Position numbers and translations under genes: made by a program
From: Moraxella nasicaprae
GTDB lineage: Bacteria > Pseudomonadota > Gammaproteobacteria > Pseudomonadales > Moraxellaceae
Assembly: GCF_025643275.1 (NCBI RefSeq)
Contig: NZ_CP089977.1
Coordinates: 180,001-212,000, forward strand
Length of the DNA stretch: 32,000 nt
Reading direction: 5' to 3'
Part shown: positions 19,388 through 27,512 of the stretch, in pieces
Layout of the letters: every line of letters starts with the position of its first letter
How positions within the stretch are numbered: position 1 is the stretch's first letter
The notes under the pieces: model-generated
Databases searched by the model: none
Seen by the model: only the letters and a program-made list of their open reading frames with translations
Told to the model about the DNA's origin: nothing

Positions 19388-19906
19388 TTAGCGTACGCCA
19401 CGCTGATTGATTTCGGTATTTGGTGGGAATACCAGCTCAACACGCTGACCGCCACCTGCATTAGCTTCCACATCGCCTAATTTTAGGCTATAACGAATGG
19501 TATTACCTGCAAAACTTGAACCCGCTTGCGTCAGCTTGGCATTGCCTGTTAAGGTAACAATGCCTGTCACTGCGTTATAATCGATGCGATTTGCCTGACC
19601 CTTTGCCAAACCCTTTTCTTGGCTGACTACTTGTTGCAAAGTGGCAGGACGACCTGTTGCCACGACCGAGTTAATGCTGCGGTTGCTTGGGTTGAGATTG
19701 ACAGTTAGGTTATCGGCAGCGATTTTTAGCGTGCCTTGCTCAATAGTAACATTGCCAGAATAAGTAGTAACACCTGTTTTTTCAACATAGGTGGCACGGT
19801 CAGCCAATAAGCGAATTGGCTGATTAGCATCAGACGGTAATGCTGAGGCAATCAATGGCATGCCAGCCAAGCAAATTAGGCAAAATAATTTATTAAAATT
19901 TTTCAT
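19388..19906 (-). CDS. lptA: LPS transport periplasmic protein LptA
   Basis: The 172-aa protein has a signal peptide (MKNFNKLFCLICLAGMPLIASA) and an OstA-like beta-jellyroll pattern (PIRLLADRATYVEKTGVTTYSGNVTIEQGTLKIAADNLTV...). It sits between lptC and lptB. Confidence 0.85.
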   Translation of the reverse strand: MKNFNKLFCLICLAGMPLIASALPSDANQPIRLLADRATYVEKTGVTTYSGNVTIEQGTLKIAADNLTVNLNPSNRSINSVVATGRPATLQQVVSQEKGLAKGQANRIDYNAVTGIVTLTGNAKLTQAGSSFAGNTIRYSLKLGDVEANAGGGQRVELVFPPNTEINQRGVR

Positions 19907-19927
19907 TTCAATATCCAGTATTACTTA

Positions 19928-20512
19928 TCAAAATAAAGATTTATCTTCTCGTTTTGGGGCATTAAACAGCACTTCGATGCGTTCAAAAGTATATTCGCCA
20001 GTCGCCAAATTTGCCGAAAAACCAGCCGCCTTAAATCTATCTTTGCCTTGCACCACTGTTAAGGGCTCTTGACTGCTGACGGTGCGTTGTTTGGTGTTGG
20101 CAGTTAATTGACGACCCTGAATGGTCAAGGCTGCTTTTTGGGAAGTGGCTTCACGCTGCATCGTAAAACCATTGGATAGATATAGCTCGCCAGTTTCTTG
20201 ATTCATTTGAGCTTTGTCGGCAGTCAAGATAAAACTTTCGCCCTGAGGTGGTTGCCAACGCACCGTTGCTCCACGCATTTCATCTTCGCCAGCATCATTT
20301 TTGACCAAAGAATCAGCCGTGACCGTGTATTCAGTTTGACCAGTTTCAGGATTGGTTTGCACCGCTTGAATCTGAGTAACCTCATAACTGGCTGTGGGTT
20401 TTTCGGGCAAGGCAGGCTTGATTGGCTCTTCTTGTTTGGAATAAAACCAAGCCGCCAATGCCAGTGCTGTTACGGCAAGAACCGCCAAAATACGAACATT
20501 CATCTTAGTCAC
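19928..20512 (-). CDS. lptC: LPS export system protein LptC
   Basis: It has a single N-terminal TM anchor (ILAVLAVTALALAAWFY) and a size and position typical of lptC, directly upstream of lptA. The start is either GTG 20512, abutting the kdsC stop, or ATG 20503. Confidence 0.75.
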   Translation of the reverse strand: MTKMNVRILAVLAVTALALAAWFYSKQEEPIKPALPEKPTASYEVTQIQAVQTNPETGQTEYTVTADSLVKNDAGEDEMRGATVRWQPPQGESFILTADKAQMNQETGELYLSNGFTMQREATSQKAALTIQGRQLTANTKQRTVSSQEPLTVVQGKDRFKAAGFSANLATGEYTFERIEVLFNAPKREDKSLF

Positions 20513-21064
20513 TCAGCCAAAGGTTGCAACCAAGTCGTCAAATTTACCCTGAGCCTGCAAAATCAGCTCGCAAATTTCACGCACCGCACCACGACCGCCT
20601 GTCTTAGTGGTCACAAAATCCGCCACCGCTTGCGTCTGCACACAGCCATTTGGCACACTCACGCCAAGTCCAGCCTCACGCACCGCTTTTAGGTCGGGCA
20701 AGTCATCTCCCATATAGGCACACTCTGACAACGATAGACCAAGTTTGTCTGCCAAAGTTTGCAAGGCAACAAACTTATCATCACGCCCTTGAATCAGATG
20801 AGCAACACCCAATTCTTTGGCACGGCGTTCCACCATGGGCGAGGTGCGACCTGTAATGATAGCAAGTGTCACGCCTGCTTGTCGCAATAGCTGTAAACCC
20901 AATCCATCTTGCACAAAAAATGCCTTAGTCTCAACACCGTTCGCATCATAGATGATTTGCCCATCGGATAAAATACCGTCCACATCCATGGCAAATAGCT
21001 TAATCTTGGCTGCTTTTTGATAAATCGCTTCGCTATGTTGTATGCTCATACTCGTTTCTGTCAT
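20513..21064 (-). CDS. kdsC: 3-deoxy-D-manno-octulosonate 8-phosphate phosphatase KdsC (HAD superfamily)
   Basis: KLFAMDVDGILSDGQIIY...E.KAF.VQDG.G...AIITGR...GDDLPDL are the HAD motifs I-III in the KdsC arrangement. The track start is TTG 21082. ATG candidates are at 21064 and 21049, so the start is uncertain. Confidence 0.88.
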   Translation of the reverse strand: MTETSMSIQHSEAIYQKAAKIKLFAMDVDGILSDGQIIYDANGVETKAFFVQDGLGLQLLRQAGVTLAIITGRTSPMVERRAKELGVAHLIQGRDDKFVALQTLADKLGLSLSECAYMGDDLPDLKAVREAGLGVSVPNGCVQTQAVADFVTTKTGGRGAVREICELILQAQGKFDDLVATFG

Positions 21065-21222
21065 TGGTTGATTGGCGGTCAAATCGCTTTTATCATCGGT
21101 TTGGCGTCATATCATAGCACATTTACCATCAAAATAAGATGAAAAATCCACCATGATAACCAAATTTTACATTTTAGGTAAGATTGACCAAAATGATTCA
21201 TACAACAAACACGCCAAATAAT

Positions 21223-21252
21223 AAAAAAACCTGTCCAATCGGCAGGTTTTTT
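21223..21252 (-). terminator. Rho-independent terminator downstream of hfq
   Basis: On the minus strand the sequence is AAAAAACCTGCC-GATTG-GACAGGTTTTTTT, an 8-bp stem including one G-U pair followed by T7. It lies 17 nt after the hfq stop. Confidence 0.7.
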
Positions 21253-21268
21253 ATGAATCAGGCTGATA

Positions 21269-21871
21269 TCAGACTTCGTAATCATCATCGCCAAATTTGA
21301 CATCGGTTTTTTGTTCAAATTTGTTATCAAAACCCGAACGATTAAATCCACGAGTGTCATTAGATTCAAACGATTTGCCATCAAAGCCACGCTCTTCGTA
21401 GCCTGCACGGTCAAAGCCTTGACGCTCAAAACCTGTATTGATGGCTGATGGATAGCCAGTTGGGCGGTCAAAACCTTGACGCTCAAAACCGCCAGAATGT
21501 TGTGGCGTGCGAGTAAATCCACCCGCTGGACGAGTATTTGGAAAACCGCCTGCACGGTCAAATCCTGCATTGCGGTCAAAGCCACCGCCTTGATAAGTAC
21601 CACTGCTCATCACACCAACATTTGGCGACTGATAACCTGACTGACCTGCACTTGGAGAATCGGTTCTTGGGTTACGAGTTGGGACTACGGTTGAAATGGC
21701 GTGCTTATACACCATTTGGCTAACAGTATTTTTTAGCAAAACGACATATTGGTCAAAAGACTCAATTTGACCTTGTAGCTTAATGCCATTGACCAAAAAA
21801 ATAGAAACAGGGATACGGTCTTTACGCAAAGCGTTCAAAAATGGATCTTGTAGGGATTGTCCTTTTGACAT
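21269..21871 (-). CDS. hfq: RNA chaperone Hfq with a long repeat-containing C-terminal extension (200 aa)
   Basis: The Sm core is [64 protein letters not shown]. It is followed by about 130 aa rich in G/F/R/D/E with GFDR/GFER repeats and an acidic end, DDDYEV. ATG 21871 follows GGAGA, and the track's TTG 21883 start would swallow the SD. Confidence 0.95.
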   Translation of the reverse strand: MSKGQSLQDPFLNALRKDRIPVSIFLVNGIKLQGQIESFDQYVVLLKNTVSQMVYKHAISTVVPTRNPRTDSPSAGQSGYQSPNVGVMSSGTYQGGGFDRNAGFDRAGGFPNTRPAGGFTRTPQHSGGFERQGFDRPTGYPSAINTGFERQGFDRAGYEERGFDGKSFESNDTRGFNRSGFDNKFEQKTDVKFGDDDYEV

Positions 21872-21916
21872 GAGATTCTCCAAATATCATTCGATATGCA
21901 ACACCAACAAGTCTGG

Positions 21917-23032
21917 CTAGACTTGTAATAATTGCTTTTCTACTTCTTTTATGCTATCAAATAAATCTATCGTCAGATTATTTATTGTTGGCTTGTTTAT
22001 ATCGGCAAGCTGTCTTAGCCAAGTATATTGGCGTTTTGCCAGTTGCCTTGTTGCATATAATGCCCTATTTTTCATGTCTTGGCAAGCCAAATCAACCGAT
22101 TGAGGGCTGATTTTGGTGATTTTTTTTGCAAAAATCTCAGTATGATTATCGTGATTTGTTAAAATATGATGTTTGTCAAATGATGATTGATTTTGTAAAT
22201 TATCTTGGATAAAGTGTTGCACGCTTTCATGATGAATCGCCAACAAATAATCCAACACTTGACGATAACCAACGCAACGCATCGATGGCAAATCTGGGGT
22301 CAATGTTGGGTATTTTTTTAGCAGTTCAATGACTTCTTCAACAAAACCACCCTTCCACATCATTTGCAATCGTTGGGCGATGCGTTCATGCAACCACACT
22401 CTGTCAGGCAATACACACAATCCATACCATTGCCATTTTGCATCATGGCTGATGGCAGTTTTGGGTGTCTGCTGCCAACTGCTCAAAGAACGACCTGTTT
22501 GTAGATGCACCTCCACCGCACGAGTAATACGCTGAGTGTCATTCACGCCAAATTTTTGGCAAAAAATCGGGTCATGCTGCTGCAAATACTCGTACAACGC
22601 AGCATTGCCTGCATCATCACGCCACGCACGCACCTGTTCACGCACCTGTTCATTGGTTTGCGGTACAGCAGAAATCCCATCAAGTAACGCCATGTAGTAC
22701 ATCATCGTACCACCAACCAGCAAAGGAATTTTGCCATTTTGATGAGTTTTTTCAATCAACTGCTTGGTATCGTGGACAAAATTGGCGACACTGTATGTCT
22801 GTGTGGGCAGAATAATATCCACCAAATGATGCGGATAAGAAATCAGCTCATCACTGGTGGGTTTGGCAGTACCAATATTCATGTCTTGATAAATCAAGGC
22901 AGAATCCACCGAAATCAGCTCAAAACGACCTGTATCATACAACCGAAATGCCAAATCTGTCTTGCCACTGGCGGTTGGCGACATTAGACAAACAACAGCA
23001 TTATCTGGCAGGTTTTTATAAAATAGCGACAT
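21917..23032 (-). CDS. miaA: tRNA dimethylallyltransferase MiaA (371 aa, with an internal insertion)
   Basis: It has the P-loop SPTASGKT, ISVDSALIYQDMNIGTAKPT, LVGGTMMY and ATRQLAKRQYTWLR, and it lies immediately upstream of hfq as in many proteobacteria. Confidence 0.95.
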   Translation of the reverse strand: MSLFYKNLPDNAVVCLMSPTASGKTDLAFRLYDTGRFELISVDSALIYQDMNIGTAKPTSDELISYPHHLVDIILPTQTYSVANFVHDTKQLIEKTHQNGKIPLLVGGTMMYYMALLDGISAVPQTNEQVREQVRAWRDDAGNAALYEYLQQHDPIFCQKFGVNDTQRITRAVEVHLQTGRSLSSWQQTPKTAISHDAKWQWYGLCVLPDRVWLHERIAQRLQMMWKGGFVEEVIELLKKYPTLTPDLPSMRCVGYRQVLDYLLAIHHESVQHFIQDNLQNQSSFDKHHILTNHDNHTEIFAKKITKISPQSVDLACQDMKNRALYATRQLAKRQYTWLRQLADINKPTINNLTIDLFDSIKEVEKQLLQV

Positions 23033-23037
23033 TAGGG

Positions 23038-23457
23038 CTACCCTTTTGTCAGGCGAATCTGACGACTGTCGTCATCAAGTCTATCGATGTGTATCAGCCA
23101 ATCAGGCTTTGGCAAAATACCATCAGCACGGCTTGCCCACTCAATGATGACCAGTGCATTTGGCTCATCAAAATACTCAAAAAAACCAATAAAATCAAGC
23201 TCTTCTGGGTCATTTAGACGATAAAGGTCAGCATGATACACAGACTTGCCATCAATACAATATGGCTCAACCAGCGTATAAGTGGGGCTTTTTACCGCAC
23301 CTGTATGCCCAAGTGCCAACAATAAATAGCGTGTAAAAGTTGTCTTACCCGCCCCCAAGTCGCCAGACAGCCAAATGCTACCCGTTGGATTTTGATGAGC
23401 AAAATGCTGAGCAAATCGCTTGGTGTCTTCTTCGTTGCGTAATATCTGCTGCATCAT
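23038..23457 (-). CDS. tsaE: tRNA t6A37 biosynthesis ATPase TsaE (YjeE)
   Basis: [35 protein letters not shown]...YHADLYRL is the diagnostic TsaE pattern. Its ATG overlaps the queD stop as ATGA. Confidence 0.9.
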   Translation of the reverse strand: MMQQILRNEEDTKRFAQHFAHQNPTGSIWLSGDLGAGKTTFTRYLLLALGHTGAVKSPTYTLVEPYCIDGKSVYHADLYRLNDPEELDFIGFFEYFDEPNALVIIEWASRADGILPKPDWLIHIDRLDDDSRQIRLTKG

Positions 23458-24047
23458 TTGACCTGCAAATCCACCACAGGATTATAAAATTTCTCGCCAT
23501 TTTTTAGTTTGTCAAACAACAATGGGTCGCCCCATTCTGCCTTAACCTGCTCACTAAATTCAAAGTCATTCAAATCAAGCAAGCCCATTTTGGGGTTATC
23601 AATATCATGTGCAAAACATTGTGCGTAACCTGTGGCAGTCTCATGTACGATGACCGAATACACACTGATGTCTTGTTCGCCATTTTGCATCACAGTTTGT
23701 TTTAGGATATGACTTACCCAAAAAAATATCACACGGCTAAACTGCTCTGCTGATGGCGACACGGGTAAACTGACCCATCTGGCACTAAAATCTTTGCAAG
23801 CCTGAATGTAGTCTGGATTGTCTTTATCCCAAAAGGTGATGGCATGGTCAAAACTATCAATGATGTCCTTGATATGCCCTTTTAGCAATCCAAAATCATA
23901 GACCATCTGCCCATGATCAAGGGCATCAGCAGCCAAAATTAGCTCAACCTGATAACTATGCCCATGAATTGAGCGTTTGCATCGGTCAGAACTGCAATTT
24001 CGCACGACATGAGCATTTTCAAATTTAAATAACTTACGGATATGCAT
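23454..24047 (-). CDS. queD: 6-carboxy-5,6,7,8-tetrahydropterin synthase family protein (QueD / PTPS-like, long form)
   Basis: FKFENAHVV...[16 protein letters not shown] carries the Cys and His-x-His zinc/catalytic signature of the PTPS/QueD fold. At 197 aa it is longer than the about 120-aa E. coli QueD, so the exact activity is less certain. Confidence 0.7.
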   Translation of the reverse strand: MHIRKLFKFENAHVVRNCSSDRCKRSIHGHSYQVELILAADALDHGQMVYDFGLLKGHIKDIIDSFDHAITFWDKDNPDYIQACKDFSARWVSLPVSPSAEQFSRVIFFWVSHILKQTVMQNGEQDISVYSVIVHETATGYAQCFAHDIDNPKMGLLDLNDFEFSEQVKAEWGDPLLFDKLKNGEKFYNPVVDLQVK

Positions 24048-24139
24048 AGCATTGCCTTGATTGTTTTATTATTTAAAAGGCATTATAGCAAAAATTGTGA
24101 ATTTTTAAAATGCACCATCATACACTGATTGACAAATCA

Positions 24140-24535
24140 TCAGTTTTGGCAGGATTTTTGAACAATGACATCAATCCAAGTGTTTGGCACCACAGGTCTG
24201 TACTTAACCAACATACCAGTATTAACTGCCAACATACGACCACTGCTATCATATTGAGTCATGCTCTTGATACCAACTGTTCTAGAATCGCAGTCAATAT
24301 GCCAATTATCCAATCGATACCCACCCTGCCCCATGTCGCTTGCGGCTAAGTTTTCAACCACTTCATTTTTTACCCAAACAGATTTTACATAGCGTCCACT
24401 ATCATAAACCCCCTTGGTTTGTTCATCAAGTATGCTCATGGAATAGCCGCTTAGACCGTCATAGCCAAGCTTGATTTCAGCAACCACCTGCTGACTTAGC
24501 CCAGCAAATAACAAACCTAGTAGTAATTTTTTCAT
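24140..24535 (-). CDS. Small secreted protein of unknown function (131 aa with signal peptide)
   Basis: MKKLLLGLLFAGLSQQVVA-EIK is a type I signal peptide with no lipobox Cys. The mature part has two Cys residues (HIDCDS, KSCQN). I chose the start at MKK (24535) and not the track's 24595. It appears monocistronic, with non-coding flanks of 92 bp and 212 bp. Confidence 0.55.
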   Translation of the reverse strand: MKKLLLGLLFAGLSQQVVAEIKLGYDGLSGYSMSILDEQTKGVYDSGRYVKSVWVKNEVVENLAASDMGQGGYRLDNWHIDCDSRTVGIKSMTQYDSSGRMLAVNTGMLVKYRPVVPNTWIDVIVQKSCQN

Positions 24536-24699
24536 AGGACAATCCTTAATTTTCACAATAAACTGTGGGTGTATTCTACATGATATACTGCCCATTTGTC
24601 ATCGCTTGATAGCACGCCTTTACGCTTAGTTTTGTATGTGTTTTTCAACAAATGTTTAGTTATTGTAACAATATAGCAACTCTTGTTTGACTAACTCAT

Positions 24700-24732
24700 A
24701 AAAAACACGCCCAATATTGAGCGTGCTTTTTT
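24700..24732 (-). terminator. Candidate Rho-independent terminator downstream of the carboxynorspermidine dehydrogenase gene
   Basis: AAAAAACACGC-(10 nt)-GCGTGCTTTTTT forms a short 5-bp GC stem, extendable through an internal mismatch, flanked by A- and T-runs. Confidence 0.45.
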
Positions 24733-24747
24733 ATGAATTTTGATGGT

Positions 24748-26004
24748 TTATAGGCTAAATTCAAGCAGTCTATCGCCCTCTTTGTCTTGAATGCGAGTAG
24801 GCAGACCCATTTGATTAAGCAGGTTAATAAATGGTCTGGCATCAAGCTCTTCGACATTGACCATTGTGCCAGCATTCCATTCGCCTGTGGCAATCAAAAT
24901 CGCTGCGGCAACTGGTGGCACGCCTGCGGTATAAGAAATGCCCTGCGACCCAACTTCTTCATAAGCCTCTTTGTGGTCAGCAATGTTATAGATAAAAATC
25001 TCTTCATCATTGCCATCTTTTTTGCCTTTGACTTTATTGCCAATGCAAGTCTTGCCTGTATAATTAGGAGCAAGGCTTGATGGGTCTGGCAATACCGCTT
25101 TAACCACTTTGAGGGGCACTACTTCCAAACCCTCGGCGGTCTTGATGGGCTGTTCTGATAATAAGCCTAAGTTTTTTAGCACCCCAAACACATTCATGTA
25201 ATGCTCGCCAAAACCCATCCAAAAACGAATGTTTGGCACATTTAGATTTTTATGAAGTGAATGCAGTTCGTCATGACCTGATAAATAGCTATTTTGTACA
25301 CCAACCACTGGCAAATCATCGGTGCGTTTGACCTCAAACATCTGATTGGTCTGCCAAGCGTTGTTTTGCCAAGAATACACCACGCCTGTAAATTCCCTAA
25401 AATTAATTTCTGGGTCAAAATTTGTGGCAAAATACTTGCCGTGACTACCTGCATTGATGTCAATGATGTCAATATCAGTGACGGTATCTTGGTCAAAATA
25501 CGCCACACCCAAACGAGCATACGCATTCACCACACCAGGGTCAAAACCCACACCCAAAATGGCGGTCACACCAGCTTTGGCAAAGGCCTCTTTTTTCTTC
25601 CATTCATAGTTGGCATACCAAGGTGGTGCTTCACAAATCTTGGCAGGATCCTCATAGATGGCGGTATCTAGATAGTGCGTTTTGGTTTCAAGACAGGCGT
25701 CCATCACGCTCATATTCACAAATGGCGAACCAACATTGATGACAATATGAGCATCAATCTGACGAATCAATGCCACCACCGCCTGAGTGTCTAGGGCATC
25801 TAGGGCGTGAGTATGTAGTACCGCCTCGTGTTTAAAACTACCCTTGTCAGCAACACTTTGGGCAATGGCATCGCATTTGGCTTTGGTGCGTGATGCCAAG
25901 TGAATCTGACCAAAGACATCGTTTGCCATCGCACATTTATGTGCCACGACTTGTGCCACACCACCTGCACCAATAATCAATACATTTTTTGCTTGTTTTG
26001 TCAT
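24748..26004 (-). CDS. Carboxynorspermidine/carboxyspermidine dehydrogenase (saccharopine dehydrogenase-like family)
   Basis: The N-terminal Rossmann motif is VLIIGAGGVAQVVAHK, the size is about 418 aa, and it is adjacent to the carboxynorspermidine decarboxylase gene. ATG 26004 follows AGGAGG (26011-26016). The track start at 26040 is an upstream extension. Confidence 0.8.
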   Translation of the reverse strand: MTKQAKNVLIIGAGGVAQVVAHKCAMANDVFGQIHLASRTKAKCDAIAQSVADKGSFKHEAVLHTHALDALDTQAVVALIRQIDAHIVINVGSPFVNMSVMDACLETKTHYLDTAIYEDPAKICEAPPWYANYEWKKKEAFAKAGVTAILGVGFDPGVVNAYARLGVAYFDQDTVTDIDIIDINAGSHGKYFATNFDPEINFREFTGVVYSWQNNAWQTNQMFEVKRTDDLPVVGVQNSYLSGHDELHSLHKNLNVPNIRFWMGFGEHYMNVFGVLKNLGLLSEQPIKTAEGLEVVPLKVVKAVLPDPSSLAPNYTGKTCIGNKVKGKKDGNDEEIFIYNIADHKEAYEEVGSQGISYTAGVPPVAAAILIATGEWNAGTMVNVEELDARPFINLLNQMGLPTRIQDKEGDRLLEFSL

Positions 26005-26227
26005 ACAAATCCTCCTTTGTGCTTGTTTGCCAAGCATCATTACTCAGTCAAACAGCAAACCACCAAAAAAACACCTGCGTAAGCTAAAAGGAAGACTTGC
26101 AGCAGCAAAGCCTACGCACCCAAAATCTTGACCGCACTGGTCATCATCGGTCAAGCACAAACCAACCATGATAGAATTTATTGTGATTTTTTTCAACCAA
26201 AATTTATCAAAAACAATGATTTATCCA

Positions 26228-27439
26228 TTAAGATAAACTGTTTTTGTAGTCTTCATAGCCAAATTGTTTTTGTACCACAATCTCGCCATTTTCACGAATA
26301 ATCACAATGGCAGGCATATCCACCCCATTAAACCAGTTTTTCTTGACCATCGTATAAGGTGCAGCATTGGCAAAAGCCACTTTATCGCCAATATTTAGAG
26401 GTTTGTCCAGTAAATAATCGCCAAAGATGTCGCCTGCCAAGCACGATTTGCCATAGATTCGCACCGCCACATCATCGGCAGTTTCTCCATCAAAATCCCC
26501 ACCAGCAAGCTCATAAGCCGTCTCATTGACAAAAGATAATGGTGCAGATTGACGATAAATCAGCAAATCAAGCATGTGTGCCTCAATGGACGCATCGACC
26601 ACCGCCAAAGGCTTGCCGTTATGCAAAGTATCCAAAACACTGGTAACCAAGACTGCCGTATGATGCACGCTCACTTCGCCTGGTTCAAGATATACCTGTA
26701 CATCATACTCGTTGGCAAATTGTTTTAGCCTATCAGCAAATGCCTTGACAGGATAATTGGGGTCAATAAAATGGATACCCCCACCAAAACTAATCCAATC
26801 CAGCTGATGGAACAGCTTACCAAAACGCTCTTCAATGTCATCAAGACTTTGGCAAAATGCATCAAAATCTGTATTTTCGCAATTATTATGAATCATCACA
26901 CCAGTGATTTTATCCGCCACTGCCATGATGGCATCAACATCATGCTCGCCCAGTCGGCTAAATGGTCTGGCTGGGTCGGCAATGATGAATGATGAATTGC
27001 TGGTTTGTGGATTTAGGCGTAATCCTACTGGGATATTCTTGGCAATCGCTTTATCGGCAAACTGTGCCAACTGATTAAAAGAATTAAAAATAATTTTATC
27101 GCTATACTGCAAAACTTCATCAATCTCATCACGACTGTATGCCACGCTGTATGCGTGCGTTTCTCCGCCAAAACACTCTTTGCCCAGTCGCACTTCTTTT
27201 AGTGATGATGAGGTCGTGCCATGCAGATAAGGCTTCATCGCCCCAAAGACACCCCAAGTGGCAAAACATTTGAGTGCCAATAATGCTTTTGCACCTGATT
27301 GCTGGCAGACTTGATCGATGAGCTGCATATTTTGAACAATCGCTCTTTCATCAATCAAATAAAATGGTGTCGGTAAAGCATTGACCTTCTGTCTTTGCTC
27401 ATCAGTTAGGTTTGCCAAAAAATCTCTATGAAAATTCAT
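26228..27439 (-). CDS. nspC: Carboxynorspermidine/carboxyspermidine decarboxylase (PLP-dependent, alanine racemase-fold decarboxylase family)
   Basis: TPFYLIDERAIVQNM...ALLALKCFATWGVF...GTTSSSL.E...EPGE match the NspC-type pattern as I recall it, and the gene is paired with the dehydrogenase gene downstream. I prefer ATG 27439 (MNFHRDF...). Confidence 0.8.
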   Translation of the reverse strand: MNFHRDFLANLTDEQRQKVNALPTPFYLIDERAIVQNMQLIDQVCQQSGAKALLALKCFATWGVFGAMKPYLHGTTSSSLKEVRLGKECFGGETHAYSVAYSRDEIDEVLQYSDKIIFNSFNQLAQFADKAIAKNIPVGLRLNPQTSNSSFIIADPARPFSRLGEHDVDAIMAVADKITGVMIHNNCENTDFDAFCQSLDDIEERFGKLFHQLDWISFGGGIHFIDPNYPVKAFADRLKQFANEYDVQVYLEPGEVSVHHTAVLVTSVLDTLHNGKPLAVVDASIEAHMLDLLIYRQSAPLSFVNETAYELAGGDFDGETADDVAVRIYGKSCLAGDIFGDYLLDKPLNIGDKVAFANAAPYTMVKKNWFNGVDMPAIVIIRENGEIVVQKQFGYEDYKNSLS

Positions 27440-27512
27440 CACAATATCCCATCGTTGTATCATGTCATTGACATGATGATTTTAACAAAAAGTTCAAATT
27501 GTTGCACGCCCA

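Noticed and set aside
21112-21603. A 163-aa minus-strand ORF overlapping the hfq 3-prime region and terminator.
   Set aside because: It is an alternative frame of the hfq repeat region that runs through the hfq terminator. It has no SD or homology signal, and the hfq frame is clearly the real one.
1711-27463. Longer start codons used by the track: 1711, 2172, 2801, 4620, 8157, 14282, 19378, 21082, 21883, 24595, 26040 and 27463.
   Set aside because: Most are TTG or GTG, or are upstream ATG extensions that add non-homologous residues, overlap the upstream gene or swallow the Shine-Dalgarno. I trimmed them to the downstream ATG that matches the family N-terminus. kdsC, lptC and mltF remain genuinely ambiguous.
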